Of a DNA stretch of 64,000 nt, positions 41,658 through 53,578 are shown in pieces (within the stretch, counting starts at the first letter, position 1; every line of letters starts with the position of its first letter). The DNA is taken from the NCBI GenBank assembly GCA_903813345.2, contig CAIIXF020000001.1, positions 9,238,001-9,302,000 on the forward strand, given 5' to 3'. Source of the DNA: Owenia fusiformis (lineage: Eukaryota). A program made the translations under genes and the position numbers. Under the pieces are notes generated by a model, which was given only the letters and a program-made list of their open reading frames with translations, had not been told where the DNA came from and searched no databases.

Positions 41658-43202
41658 AGTGCACTGAATTTTTCTGGGAGTGACATCCAATACGTCATTC
41701 ATGATGTCTCAAAATGCACAATTAAACAAAGCAAAGTAGATTACACTTTGTCGAAGATTGAGTTTTGTCTGAATGGATACTTGGTTTGCACCTCTATAAA
41801 ACACTGGGGTATTATAGATTTGAAATCTTGCATCTTCATCTTCGGTTTCTCTTTGATCCAACTTCATGGACTTGTTTTATTTATTTTATTTTTTTAAATT
41901 TTTTATTTCCATCCAACCTGTTTTATTTTGTGGAAATCAATAGTCTTGCATTGAAAGGCCCTTTAAAAGTACTGTTTGTGACTTAATCAGGCTAACTGAA
42001 GCGTAACAAGTCAAATTATTCCCTAAATCCATCAATATCAACTAAATCCCATCGTTTAATTAAAGCTGTCAAGTCTGTCATTAAAGTATCATCCAAATAC
42101 AGTTATTTTATTAGGATCTAAATCAAAAATTGAATGGTGGGGTTTGTGACAATATTTGAAAAGGATACATTAAATAGTTCTTAAAGAAGGTTTTTGAGGG
42201 GTTTTGTGAACATTGCCAAAATAGTGCTAATGCTTAAAGCAAGGGGTATTGTCACACTTTGTTTACAGATTTAGGACGAGACCCTTCACTGAAGAGCTAA
42301 GATGATTAGAATACCAATGATCAATTTTACATGTAGAATGTGATCCCTGGATATTTCATAGGACTATATACTGACAGCAAAATCCCTCTGCTATTACGTC
42401 ATTGTTTCATGTGATGTTTAGTTACATTAAATGAGAGAAATAGATTGACAATTGAGACAAATCAGTCCATATAATCAATAAAATGCTATTTACATGGGTT
42501 ATTAGTAACTTATTACCCAACTTTTAAGCCAGATGTGCCCTTCATTGGGTGTAGATGGCTCAATTCTTCCTCCCACTAGACCACCTTTGAATGATGTAAT
42601 GCATGTCTACAGGATAACAATCTTGATAAATAATGAGTTATTGCCTTTTAATTTACCCCCAAATACCAAAAAGCTCACTTGTATTAAAAGCGAACCGAGT
42701 TGTTATTGGAACACTTTTCAGAGTCTGAAGACCAACCAACTTATTTTAAAATGAACCTCTATAAGTGGAACACCTCCATGTGAAACACTTTTTAGAGGTA
42801 CCAAAGGTGTTCCACTTAAGTTTTACTGTATTAATGATTTTGGCGCATATGCCTAATAACTTAATAGTTCCATAGAAATTATTAGCATATGTTTTTGAGT
42901 TGAGGATTTGAGTAAATAGTACCATCATATATTTTGAGAATGGACAATTATGAGTAGTGATCCAGACATTATTGATAAAATGTTATCATGAAAAATCAAT
43001 GGCGATTTCATCAAATTTTGACTCATGGGGTTGGATGTATTTCATTCTTAGCTACTTTGTCCGAGGGGTTATTTCTAGAAGTCTGGCATGTTTATTTTAA
43101 AGTAGAGAAAGGGAAAAACAATATTTTTTGAATCCCTCCAGATAAGACAGCCATGGAGTAGAAGAACTTTGTGTTATTATATGCTACACTTGAATATCTT
43201 CA

Positions 43203-43323
43203 CATCCTCCGAAAACAGGGCCCAGACAGACAGGGCTCCAGTCATCATCATTCATTCTTCCCCTTTCTTCTTGTATTATGAAAAAAGGAGGTATAAGTTC
43301 TGGAGGCCTGTGTTTGGAGGATG
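43203..43323. mobile_element. Tiny TIR element with CA...TG ends and 9-bp TSD
   Basis: Perfect TSD atatcttca; TIR catcctccgaaaacagg / cctgtgtttggaggatg. Confidence 0.8.
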
Positions 43324-43371
43324 ATATCTTCATAACATCAATTCATATGCAAAACAGTTTCCAAGTTATAT

Positions 43372-43620
43372 TGTTATTGAATATAACTTTTAAAATGTAG
43401 TTGAATATAACTTTTGATTTATTCATCAAATATAACTTTTAACATGTGATTTAATACAACTTTTAACATATTATTGAATATGACTTTTACCATCGATTGA
43501 ATACAGCTTTTAATTTATTGATTAAATATAACTTTTATTAACATGTTGTTTAATATAGCTTTTAACTTATTGAATATAACTTTTAAAATTGACTGAATAC
43601 AACTTTTGACATATTATTGA
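43372..43620. repeat. AT-rich degenerate ~23-bp minisatellite (attgaatataacttttaac)
   Basis: About 10 units upstream of DNAJC27 exon 4. Confidence 0.8.
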
Positions 43621-43728
43621 GCCTTCTTCAATGCTGCCACCTATTAACAGTATTTTTTCTTCCACTATGTTCATATTCACAACTTTTTATATTGGTGAAC
43701 TTTATCTAATATCTTGAAATAATTTCAG

Positions 43729-43893
43729 GTGCGAAATGAGTTCTATACGGATACCCAGGGTGCAATCTTAGTGTTTGATGTTGGCAACACAGGGAGCTTT
43801 GAATCCCTCGAGTTATGGTTGAACGAGATGAAGTCAAATCTCACAAACCCTGCAGAAATGGAAAACATCAACTTTGTAGTATGTGCAAATAAG
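43729..43893 (+). CDS. DNAJC27: DNAJC27 exon 4 (VRNEFYTDTQGAILVFDVG...FVVCANK)
   Basis: tttcag acceptor and gtgtgt donor; 165 nt. Confidence 0.95.
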
Positions 43894-44861
43894 GTGTGTT
43901 TTAATGCTCTTTCTCAAATTGCTATATTGCCATCTTCTTATGCTGGTGATTGTTCAATTTTATATCTGAGTGGGTTGGTGGGCACATGAATCTCATCATC
44001 AAATCGCTTGAATTTTTCTCTAAAAAGTCTTTATAATGCTAGAACATTATTTCCATCAAACTTTTATCTATATCTATTATTCTGGAAAGAAGGATAGTCC
44101 TGTATGATCTTTTTATATATTATTTTCATGTCATATTAAAGGGGGGGGGCGTTGTCAATATGTTTCAAATGGGACATAGAATATATGTATTCTTTCTGAC
44201 AATGTTCCAAATATACATGGCGCTGCTCAACCCTCTGTGAATCAAGTCTCCTCTTTGATCTCTTTTTGGTGTAGGCTTGATACAAGACCAAGTTCATATT
44301 GTCCATCCAATTTCATTTATATTTGACAGGCCTGTGCACTATGTGTATTGAACATCTGCCTGAATGCTAATTAAATCCTCAAAATAACTCCTTATTTCAA
44401 AGTAGCTGTCATTTTTGCTAACATTGTATAAGCCACAAGTTTATTTGACTTTGTTCCTGCCCAACAGGATTAGGCCTATGTCATTTTTCATTTTTTAATT
44501 GTGACTGAACATAACCTATTACTTTATATAACCTTTATCAGATTTAGTTCAAAAGACATAAGCATTATGTTTATCGTGAGGTGGGACTTTCTACACCATG
44601 TAGCATTGTTCCTCATCTCGTATCCTGTTGGTCATATAGTTTTGATATTTCATTGTTTTCCTTGGTGATTAGATTTTATGTAAGACTCCATACACTCTAG
44701 AGTGGTGTATTATATAACATTGCTCATCAAAGCTTTGACAAAAACTCATAAACTTCTTATCAAAAGTTATCATCAATATGACAAATTAATAGAACCTTTT
44801 TTCTTTTGATCCCATTTTATTTCAATACATTTTTTGTTCTTGGTTTGAGTTTTTTGTCACC

Positions 44862-44981
44862 ACAACTGAAGTGATGACATATTGTTATAACTTTTTTGGT
44901 TGATGTTTGACACTTGGTGTTTGGCATTCAGCATCTGTAACAAATGGCAGGTGGTGATATTTTGCATGTTAATGCCTTGTT
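44862..44981 (-). repeat. Short interspersed repeat (aacaaggcattaacatgcaaaatatcaccacctgccatttgttaca...); other copies near 24843, 29568, 39005, 39370, 39550 and 40215
   Basis: The same ~50-bp head recurs in both orientations; small hairpin at the opposite end (tgtcaccacaactgaagtgatgaca). Confidence 0.75.
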
Positions 44982-45134
44982 CTCATTATTTAACATGCTG
45001 ATAGAATATGAAAATTATAATGCTTTTAAGCACAAAAAATAGTACAGTAACATAATGGATTCTCAAGCAAGTCCATTTAAACATGTATCAATTTAAAACT
45101 AAACATGTTAAATATAAAAATGTTGATGTTCAAG

Positions 45135-45251
45135 ACTGATAAGAAGAGGCAAGTGGATGAGGCAGATGGGAGACTCTGGGCAGACAGCAAGGGCTTTAAA
45201 TACTTTGAGACTTCGGCACAGAATGGCGATGGCGTACAGGAGATGTTTCAG
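45135..45251 (+). CDS. DNAJC27: DNAJC27 exon 5 (TDKKRQVDEADGRLWADSKGFKYFETSAQNGDGVQEMFQ)
   Basis: G4 completion (NK|TD) and G5 ETSA; CAG|gtagg donor; the acceptor is a weak ttcaag, so the 5' edge is less certain. Confidence 0.88.
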
Positions 45252-46254
45252 GTAGGTACAGGCCACTTCTAACAGAGATTTATTTCCTTGTTTATAGAAT
45301 TCAGTAATCTCCCCAGCATCAGCACCCACTTGAGATTTTGAAAAGAGGCTTGCGCCCACCTGAAAATCCATTTGCACCCACTTGAAAATGAGAAGAATCA
45401 TGAAAAATAGGCATATTTTGACCAATCGTGGTCTGAATTGTGAAAATGAGAATTTTGGATCCATTTGAGAAAAAATCCTGTGGAAATCACTAGTCTAGAT
45501 ATTATACATCTACCTTTCGAATCACAGGAAATTGTCTCGAGTCATTTTTTTGGTCCTGTATTGGGGTTCTTTGGGCATCCTCACACTCAGAACATCATTA
45601 TACCTCAAGCTCTATAATTTCTTACTGAAAAATAGGTGAATTCAAAAGTTGATTTTCTACATGATCCTAATCCAAAAGCAGACCATACTTTTTTCAGTGA
45701 GAAGGACGCCCAAAAAAAACCATAGGACCAAAAAGGGACTTGATACAACTTCCTGTATTTTGAATGTAACCTTGAACCATTTACTTCTCTAAACATGCCT
45801 TAAAATATACTGGATGGGATTAAATTGACCCCATACTAATATGAATTTTTGGGGATTTATGTATTTAATAATACTGTAGAGTAGATTTTTATCATTCTTG
45901 CTAAATCATAATGCCTATGCAACATTGATCCGTTCAAGAAGTGTTCCTCAGTTCCATGAGAGTTTTCTAAATATTTAATGGATTTATGTTGACATCTCTG
46001 GGCAGATTCAGGTTCAAAACTGAAGGAGTGAAACATTTTCTTGTAGTTCATCCAAATAATTAAATGGGGATCTCCTAATTCCGTAGCTAACTTGTTTGTC
46101 CAATGAAGCATTATTCTGATTATGTCACCATTGGTTGTGAGTTTAGGTCTATATTTAATTGTACAAATTGTGAAAACAGTCATAATATTTATTTATTTTT
46201 TCATTTCTACTAGGGATATAGAGATAAGTACATTATAAAGTACATTACAAAGCC

Positions 46255-46755
46255 CACACTATAAGTTATTGAATGAATGATGGCACAAGATGAAGTCGAG
46301 TGCCAATACAGAATATCGATTAGCAATACTATAAGTTATTGAATGGTTTGAAGTGCAATACAGGATATTATCTGCTCGAGAAATTCCGTATTGAAATGAG
46401 ACGAAGTCTCATATATCGAGAAGTTTTTATCGTGTGATCCTCTGTATTGCTACTCAGATTGTCCCCTCCGTATCAATATTTTTAGCTCACATGTTGAGCT
46501 TTTGCAATCACTCACTTGTCTGTATTGCAACGGAGATGATCAACGGGACAATCTCAGTAGCAATACAAATTGGTACAGCACAAGAACTGACCAATCAGAG
46601 GGCTTCATTTTACAGATCATACGATAATATAAGTTATTGAACGATTTGAAGTGCAATACAGGGTATATTCTGTCTCGATATTCTGTATTGGCACTCGACT
46701 TCATCTCGTTCCAATACAGAATTTCTCGAGCAGAATATATCCTGTATTGCACTGT
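46255..46755. mobile_element. Element with nested inverted and direct repeats (possibly Crypton-like)
   Basis: gaagtcgagtgccaatacagaatatcga and its reverse complement; gtgcaatacagg / cctgtattgcac; repeated ataagttattgaa. Confidence 0.5.
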
Positions 46756-47101
46756 TCTCTCACCGTGACATTATTATATCCATGGTTACAACAATTGATT
46801 TACGAATTGTAACTTAAGGAAGTTTCAGTTAATGACCCCCTGATGATGAATCAAGGTTTTTGAAGTTTTTTATCAACAAATTAAAATATATCTAAACTTT
46901 ACGTCTTCATTTCTGACTGAATCTAGTGGAAAACTATGATTTTGAATAAGCTAGATAGGGGTAAAATAATGTTGTAATAGGTATATCCAGTCATTAATGC
47001 CTGCTACCATCTAGCCAAGCCAACATGACAAACACCAGGAAATTGATCAAAATTTAATATTCTGTAATTCAGCACTGTCCACGCTCCTCGAAAATGGAAT
47101 T

Positions 47102-49336
47102 TTAGGAGGAGTGAATATGTATGTGCTTATGTCTTCTTAACACGAACTTGGCTGAAAATGCCTTAGAGCATATGTTACATTTATAAGGTTTCTCACCAGT
47201 ATGGGACCGTTTATGATCAGAGAATTCTCCTTGTGTGACATAGGCTTTCGAACATAGCTCACATTTGAACGGTCTCTCTTCAGTATGGACTCGCTTATGA
47301 TGCATTTTTAGAGTATGCCTATGGGTAAAGTCTCTAGAACAAACCTCACATGTATATCTTTTTTCTCCTGTGTGAATGAGATTGTGAGCTTTAAGATTAG
47401 CATTCTGAGAGAATGTTTTTGAACAGACCAAACATTTATATGGCTTTTCTCCAGTATGAATTCTGATATGTGTAATAACATCAAAACTACGAGCAAATGA
47501 TTTAAGACAAACTTTACATTTGAATTTCTTTTCTCCAGTATGAGTGGTTCTGTGTGAGTTACGTGCAGAACTATCTGTAAATGTTTTTGAACAGAAATCA
47601 CATTTAAATGGTTTTTCTCCAGTATGGATTCGGCTATGTACTTTCAAGTTTGATTTATTGGAAAGTATTTTTAAGCATACCTTGCATTTTATTTTTGCAT
47701 TTCCAGTGTGTCTCATACTATGTGTAGTTAGGCTGGATTTATGTTTGAATGATATGTAGCACACCTTACATTCAAATGGTCGTTCACTACTGTGAATTCT
47801 TTTGTGTTTTGACAGATCCCCATTGGTAGAAAATGCTTTAAAACAAATACTACATTTGTGTGACTTCTCTCCAGTATGGATTAAGGTATGACAAGCAAGG
47901 GAAGAAAATACAGCAAACATTTTACCACATCTATTACATTTATAGGGTCTTTCTCCGGTATGAATTCTATTATGTACATTAAGTGTACTCCTAGTACGAA
48001 ATGCCTTAAGACATACTTTACATTTAAATCTTTTCTCTCCAATGTGACTTTGCATATGCACACTTAGATCTCTCTTGAATGGAAATTTCTTGGAACAGGT
48101 ATTACATTTAAAAGGTTTCTCGTTAGTATGCCTTTCGACATGTCTGACAAGGTCTTGTTTTACTTTAAATCGTTTGGAACAAATCTGACATTTGAAATGC
48201 TTTTCATCCGTGTGATAGCCAATATGTGTAGCAAGTACATGCTTCATATGAAATGCCTTGCCACAGATGTCACACTTGAATTTTTTTTCTCCGTGAATTA
48301 TATTATGCGTATAGAGAGATGCATTATTTGCAAACACCTTTGAACATATTTCACATGATACTCTCTTATGCTTTGAAGCATCAGCGCTTCCACCTGTCTT
48401 TGTAAGCTTTTTTGGTTTTTGATTTTTTACAATTTTTACAGGGAGTTTGTTAATTTGTAGATCATCATCTTTTATGCAGAATCTGAATTGGTTGTGTCTA
48501 TATTTCAGTTTTGAGACATCTTTTTCAGTTAATCTACATAATGATACTGTACATGGTTTCTCTTTAATTAAGGTACTAGACTCAGATGCTTGAATAGTTT
48601 TTGACTGGAACAATTCTTTATATAGAGATGCTTCTTTCCTTGAATGCATTGCAAGTGACATTTCTTCATTAGATTGAAAAGAATCATTCTGATCAATGTC
48701 AGTAGCGTTATTAACTGTAGGACTATATGGGCTCTCTCTTACATGTTGGTTCCTTGATTTCTCTTTGGTCGTATTTGAGGTTCTTATATGGGAACAACCT
48801 GCACACTGGTGATGTAGCATTTGTGAAATGTCTTTTTCAGTTAATCTACATAATGACACTGTACATGATTTCTCTGTGATTGGGCCATTTGCCTCAGATG
48901 TTAGAATTGATTTAGATTGGAGAAGTTCTTTATGAACAGATGATTCTTTCCCTGAATTTTTCACAGGTGACACTTCTTCATTGGTTTGAAAAGTATTGTT
49001 TTGATCCATATCATCAGTGTTATTAATGTCATCAGTAGATCTAGTAGAACTAGATATGCTCACTTTTAAGTGTTGGTTCCTTGATTTCTCTTCGGTCGTA
49101 TTTGAGGTTCTTATATGGGAACTACCTGCACACTGGTGATGTGGCATTTGTGAAATGTCTTTTTCAGTTAATCTACATAATGACACTGTACATGATTTCT
49201 CTGTGATTGGGCCATTTGCCTCAGATGCTACAATTGATTTAGATTGGAGTGGTTCTTTATTAACAGACAATTCTTTCCCTGAATTTTTCACAAGTGACAT
49301 TTCTTCATTGGTTTGAAAAGTATTGTTTTGATCCAT
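47102..49336 (-). CDS. Nested C2H2 zinc-finger gene, copy A: 744-aa ORF with 15 tandem fingers after a repeated low-complexity region; starts at an internal Met
   Basis: CxxC...HxxxH repeats with TGEKP-type linkers; ORF uninterrupted; the homologous upstream part is disabled. Confidence 0.85.
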   Translation of the reverse strand: MDQNNTFQTNEEMSLVKNSGKELSVNKEPLQSKSIVASEANGPITEKSCTVSLCRLTEKDISQMPHHQCAGSSHIRTSNTTEEKSRNQHLKVSISSSTRSTDDINNTDDMDQNNTFQTNEEVSPVKNSGKESSVHKELLQSKSILTSEANGPITEKSCTVSLCRLTEKDISQMLHHQCAGCSHIRTSNTTKEKSRNQHVRESPYSPTVNNATDIDQNDSFQSNEEMSLAMHSRKEASLYKELFQSKTIQASESSTLIKEKPCTVSLCRLTEKDVSKLKYRHNQFRFCIKDDDLQINKLPVKIVKNQKPKKLTKTGGSADASKHKRVSCEICSKVFANNASLYTHNIIHGEKKFKCDICGKAFHMKHVLATHIGYHTDEKHFKCQICSKRFKVKQDLVRHVERHTNEKPFKCNTCSKKFPFKRDLSVHMQSHIGEKRFKCKVCLKAFRTRSTLNVHNRIHTGERPYKCNRCGKMFAVFSSLACHTLIHTGEKSHKCSICFKAFSTNGDLSKHKRIHSSERPFECKVCYISFKHKSSLTTHSMRHTGNAKIKCKVCLKILSNKSNLKVHSRIHTGEKPFKCDFCSKTFTDSSARNSHRTTHTGEKKFKCKVCLKSFARSFDVITHIRIHTGEKPYKCLVCSKTFSQNANLKAHNLIHTGEKRYTCEVCSRDFTHRHTLKMHHKRVHTEERPFKCELCSKAYVTQGEFSDHKRSHTGEKPYKCNICSKAFSAKFVLRRHKHIHIHSS

Positions 49337-49420
49337 ATCATCAGTTGCAGTAATTTCATCAGTAGAAACTAGATATGCTCTCTTTTAAGTGTTGGTTCCT
49401 TGATTTCTCTTTGGTCACAT
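48530..49420 (-). repeat. Coding tandem repeat in zinc-finger copy A: about 3 units of ~320 bp (first period 327 bp = 109 aa)
   Basis: MDQNNTFQTNEE at 49336 and 49009; a third diverged unit IDQNDSFQSNEE; only one unit in copy B. Confidence 0.9.
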
Positions 49421-50320
49421 TTGATTTTCTTTTATAGTTTTTCATTTTTGTTTCAAAGTTTAACTTTGCTTGTTCCATATCTTTTTTACTTTCCTGTATT
49501 AGTGGACATAACAGCGGATCTTGATCAGGCACAAATTGTTTAGAATCAATTCTGGCCAGTTCCTCCTTTATACATGTAGATTCTGAAGTGGAGGATATTC
49601 CTTACTCTTGTGTGTTTTTTGATAATTCTTCCGTGATGCACTTTGGCTCATCGTGGACTACAACAGTTTTGTCTGAAGCAATCTGATATGAAGAATTTGT
49701 TTCAGCCATCTGCTGTAAAAAATAAAAATCATGTGTCACTGATATTTTGAAAGTTAAAACTTAAAATTATCACTAGGCCTCTAGGAAGACCAGTTTTGTA
49801 CTGTTAGAGCTACCCAGAATAAATATACATGTAGTTTCATATCAAATCAAATGAAAACACTTATAATCACTCAACGATACATACCTACTTCGATACATAC
49901 TTTTTTGTCAGTAAATGTTGCAATTTGTAAACTTTCCTCATAAAGTGATTCAATAGCTCTATAAAGATCCAATACTTTAATACTTGAACAAGGCTCATGG
50001 TGAACAATATCAATTTAAACTTACACAAATAACAACATGTTCGCTAGTATCAACATAAAATAGGTTATATAAAATTATATCATTGCTAGTTGAAATATTC
50101 CCTAGCGGGTCTAGCGAATACATACTAAAACAGACATCAGCACATCTTTTCTAGTTTTCTCAAAAAGTGCCATTTGGCTAATGCATTTTGAAAGCTTATT
50201 AATATTTTTTCACAAAAAAAGATGAAAGAGCAAGACTCACATACCAGTCCCATTCCTGTTGACTTCACTGTTAGACATTTCTTTAGTTGTAGACTTCTCT
50301 GAAGAATCCATGCTTAAAAT
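49337..50320 (-). pseudogene. Disabled 5' coding part of zinc-finger copy A (small exon 50245..50320 and start of large exon from 49712)
   Basis: Aligns to the intact N-terminus of copy B, but has an 8-nt deletion after the acceptor, an in-frame TAA at 49602..49604 and a frameshift near 49367. Confidence 0.8.
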
Positions 50321-50744
50321 CTGAAAGTATACATGTAAAACAAAATATTTGTTATGAGGTAGATTATCAAAAATACTCCTTTGATTTGTACGGCCAGAAG
50401 ATAAAATATAAGGCTCCTAGTGACTGTTTTAGCTCTAATGTTGATTTAAGTAGACTGAGAAAAATGTGATTATATGTGTAAGTTATATGATTTGATTTAA
50501 TCAAACATAATGTCCAGCCAGACAACTTTCTGAGACAAGAACTCATGCTTGATACAGAAAAATCTTGTAATAGTGAAATGCTCTCATTTTTCTTGCAAAT
50601 ACCACTGCTGGGGGGTCAAATGGTTTCTTGGCTCATGTGACATTACTTTTTGTACCATTGAGATGCATGTAATAAATTGACAAAGTTCAAATTAGAATTT
50701 CACAAATCGCAGCCCATCGATTTTCAAAGAATTTCAGGGAAATA

Positions 50745-51831
50745 CGAGGGGTGATCAATAAGTAATGGACGCTTTTTTACACAGATACTTTTTATAGACC
50801 AATCCCTTTGATTTTCCTACCAGTGATACATCATTCAATTATCTATCATTTCTGAGGATTTGAAGACAAAATATAAAATACATGTTGATATATCTTTATT
50901 TCCTTGAAGGAGGTACAGGTACCCCGGGACCGACATTTATGTCACATATTCAGTTTTCAGCCAGTTTGGCAAATTTCAGTTAGATTTAAACTTTCCATAT
51001 GCAACATGTGTTATGTTGTTTGAAATACTTGCTGACTGGTCAACACATAAGCAGAAAATTTAGTGATGTCAGAGTGTTGTATGGAAGGGGTTTGCAGGTC
51101 AATTTGAGAAAGCATTGTGGAAGAAAGGGGTGGTGAGAGAAGGGAACACCCTACTCCATATGGACATTGCACCTGCCCACAGATCTCAAAATGTTCAGAA
51201 AACAATTTCCCTGGACCTCAAAATTGAGCCCTTGGCCAATGCACCCATATTGTCCAGATCTGCTCACATGTGCCTTATTTATTTCTATACTACTTATTTC
51301 TATAGAGAAAGGATGCATGTTTATTGATATTGATGAAATAAAACAACCCGTGCAACTGCATCTTGCTACCATGTCAGAGAATGGATTCAGCCTTGTCTCA
51401 CAATCTTGAATTAAGAGGATGAGGAATTGTGTACATGTAGCACTTGATGGAACCTATGTAGAGGGCTCTGTGGAATGAATGTGGCATGAATACCACATAG
51501 TGATGATAAAATATTCAAAATCAACTATGGGATAACAAAATGGGGTAATTCATGACCATAATGGTTTGTTTTGTTCAGCCTGCATTCAACTGCATTGCAT
51601 GTAAAACAAGCTAAAATAGCTTCAGAATGTTTGACGTAAATGTCGGTCCCGGGGTACCCATACATCCTTCACAGAAATAAAGATATATCAAAAGATATTA
51701 CATGTTTTGTTTTCAAATCTTCAGAGTTGATAGATAATTGAATGATGTATCACTGGTAAGAAAATCGAAGGGATTGGTCTATAAAAAGCATCTGTGTAAA
51801 AAAGCGTCCATTACTTATTGATCACCCCTCG
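50745..51831 (+). mobile_element. Internally deleted mariner element with long (~200 bp) TIRs and a transposase C-terminal remnant
   Basis: TA TSD; CGAGGGGTGATCAATAAGTAATG TIR; frameshifted LHMDIAPAHRS...PYCPDLLTC matching mariner HDNAPAH / PYSPDLAP motifs. Confidence 0.9.
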
Positions 51832-52977
51832 TACAGCAAAACATCTTCATGTCAAAAAATTTTTTACAAAAATATCCCACGAAAGTTCTGTTTTCTTACA
51901 TAGTTGGAGTGCCAAAACATCATCATATTTATATACATTGACCAATTCACCACTACTAAGCTCATCCATCCACAGAAAATAATCCCAAATATTTTACCAT
52001 TCACTGTTATGATCACATGTTTCCCAGTTATTCTGTGCATTATCAGATTATATGTCTGCAAATTAGAGTATTCTATCCAAAGATGGTGCTGTAGTATACC
52101 ATTGAAGTCCCGAAACAGATTTTTAATAGAACTACTTTCCTCATACCACGGGATAAACAAACCGAGTAAGGATAGTACACTCTTCAAAGTGATTTTTAGT
52201 CAAGTTATTCTGACATTTAAGTATTGACATTTAAGGTCAGACTGCACTTTCTACCATATTGATGACCATGTGCTTTTTCAGATGAATATAACAAATTCCA
52301 AACATGGTCTAATTCTTTCATTTTTGCGCAAAAGTTGCTTTTGAGTACCCAAATTATTAATTGAGTGTTAATTTTTCTTTAGAATGTATAAATAACAGGA
52401 AAATTGAGCGGTCTTCTTTTCAAAATTGCAAAAAGTCTCATCATGCAGATCTGCCACATTTTACTATTTTTATTGATGTATGATTTACTATACAGTATGT
52501 GTAGCTATAAATACTGCACTACAATATTTGTATGTGCAAGTGCAACTGGTCTGAAAGTCTTTTAGCGAATAAATAAATGTACATGTCATATTCTGTACAA
52601 AAGTCCAGAATTGCATAGACTTTACAGGGTTGGTTTCTTCAACATTTTGTGCCTCTATCTGGAAAATCTGAATTAATTTCAGTTTGCAAAAGGCCCATGA
52701 AAAGATGTCAAATTTAACTACATGCATGCATGATCATACATTTACTTACCAAGCTAAGCAGATTACAGAGTTCCAATCCACCAGTTATATTAGTATGTTT
52801 GGTGCAGTGTGCCCCTGTTCATCTGCGATCTGGTCATTTTACATATTTAGTAGTTCATTAGTGATAGAGGTCCATGCATGCTGGTACATAGCAGTATCAA
52901 AGTTACAGTGGCACTGATCTAAATATAGCCTCAGCAGAAATTTCCTTGCTGATTTCAATGGCAAGATCATATTTCAG

Positions 52978-53578
52978 GGTAGAGATTAAAAGGTGGATTG
53001 GATCGAGTGGATTGGATTCATGTAAAAGGTGGATTGGATCAGGAATCTTCAAAATATGGATTTTTTAGTTGATCTCCCTCTAAGCAATTTCCTCCGGCCT
53101 AAAGTATTTTGTGATTACAAATGACAAATACATACTTCAATTAGTTCAAAGTATTTAACTGCTCTCCCTTGTAAATAATAAACATAAGGAAGACAGAATA
53201 AACATAGATCTGTGGATAAGAGCTGTCGTTCAAATTGACGTGTGGGTGTCCCCAAGACATTTCTGCCATTTTCTGTTTGAATTGAAAACAGATGATATGA
53301 ATCTTCGACTTCAAAAGTCTGCCTTATGATTTGTGAAATGTCTAAAATTACCCTTGGAATGAATAAGATTGGGTATCAGGTCACCTTTCTAGCCTACCCA
53401 AGCAAAATAATATAACATCTATTATTTGACATTGTGGAAGTGAGGAGAGCATTAATCGTCTGATGGGAGATCAATATAAATTTTTTAAGGAAAATCCATA
53501 TTTTGAAGAATCCCGATCCAATCCACCTTTTCACATGAATCCAATCCACTCGATCCAATCCACCTTTTAATCTTTACC
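52978..53578. mobile_element. MITE with ~90-bp TIRs, GG...CC ends and 8-bp TSD (Merlin- or Mutator-like)
   Basis: TSD tatttcag on both sides; TIR with repeated gtggattggat. Confidence 0.85.

Noticed and set aside
47308-48343. Alternative-frame and antisense ORFs over the zinc-finger array (also 57158..57373)
   Set aside because: Shadows of repetitive C2H2 codon usage.
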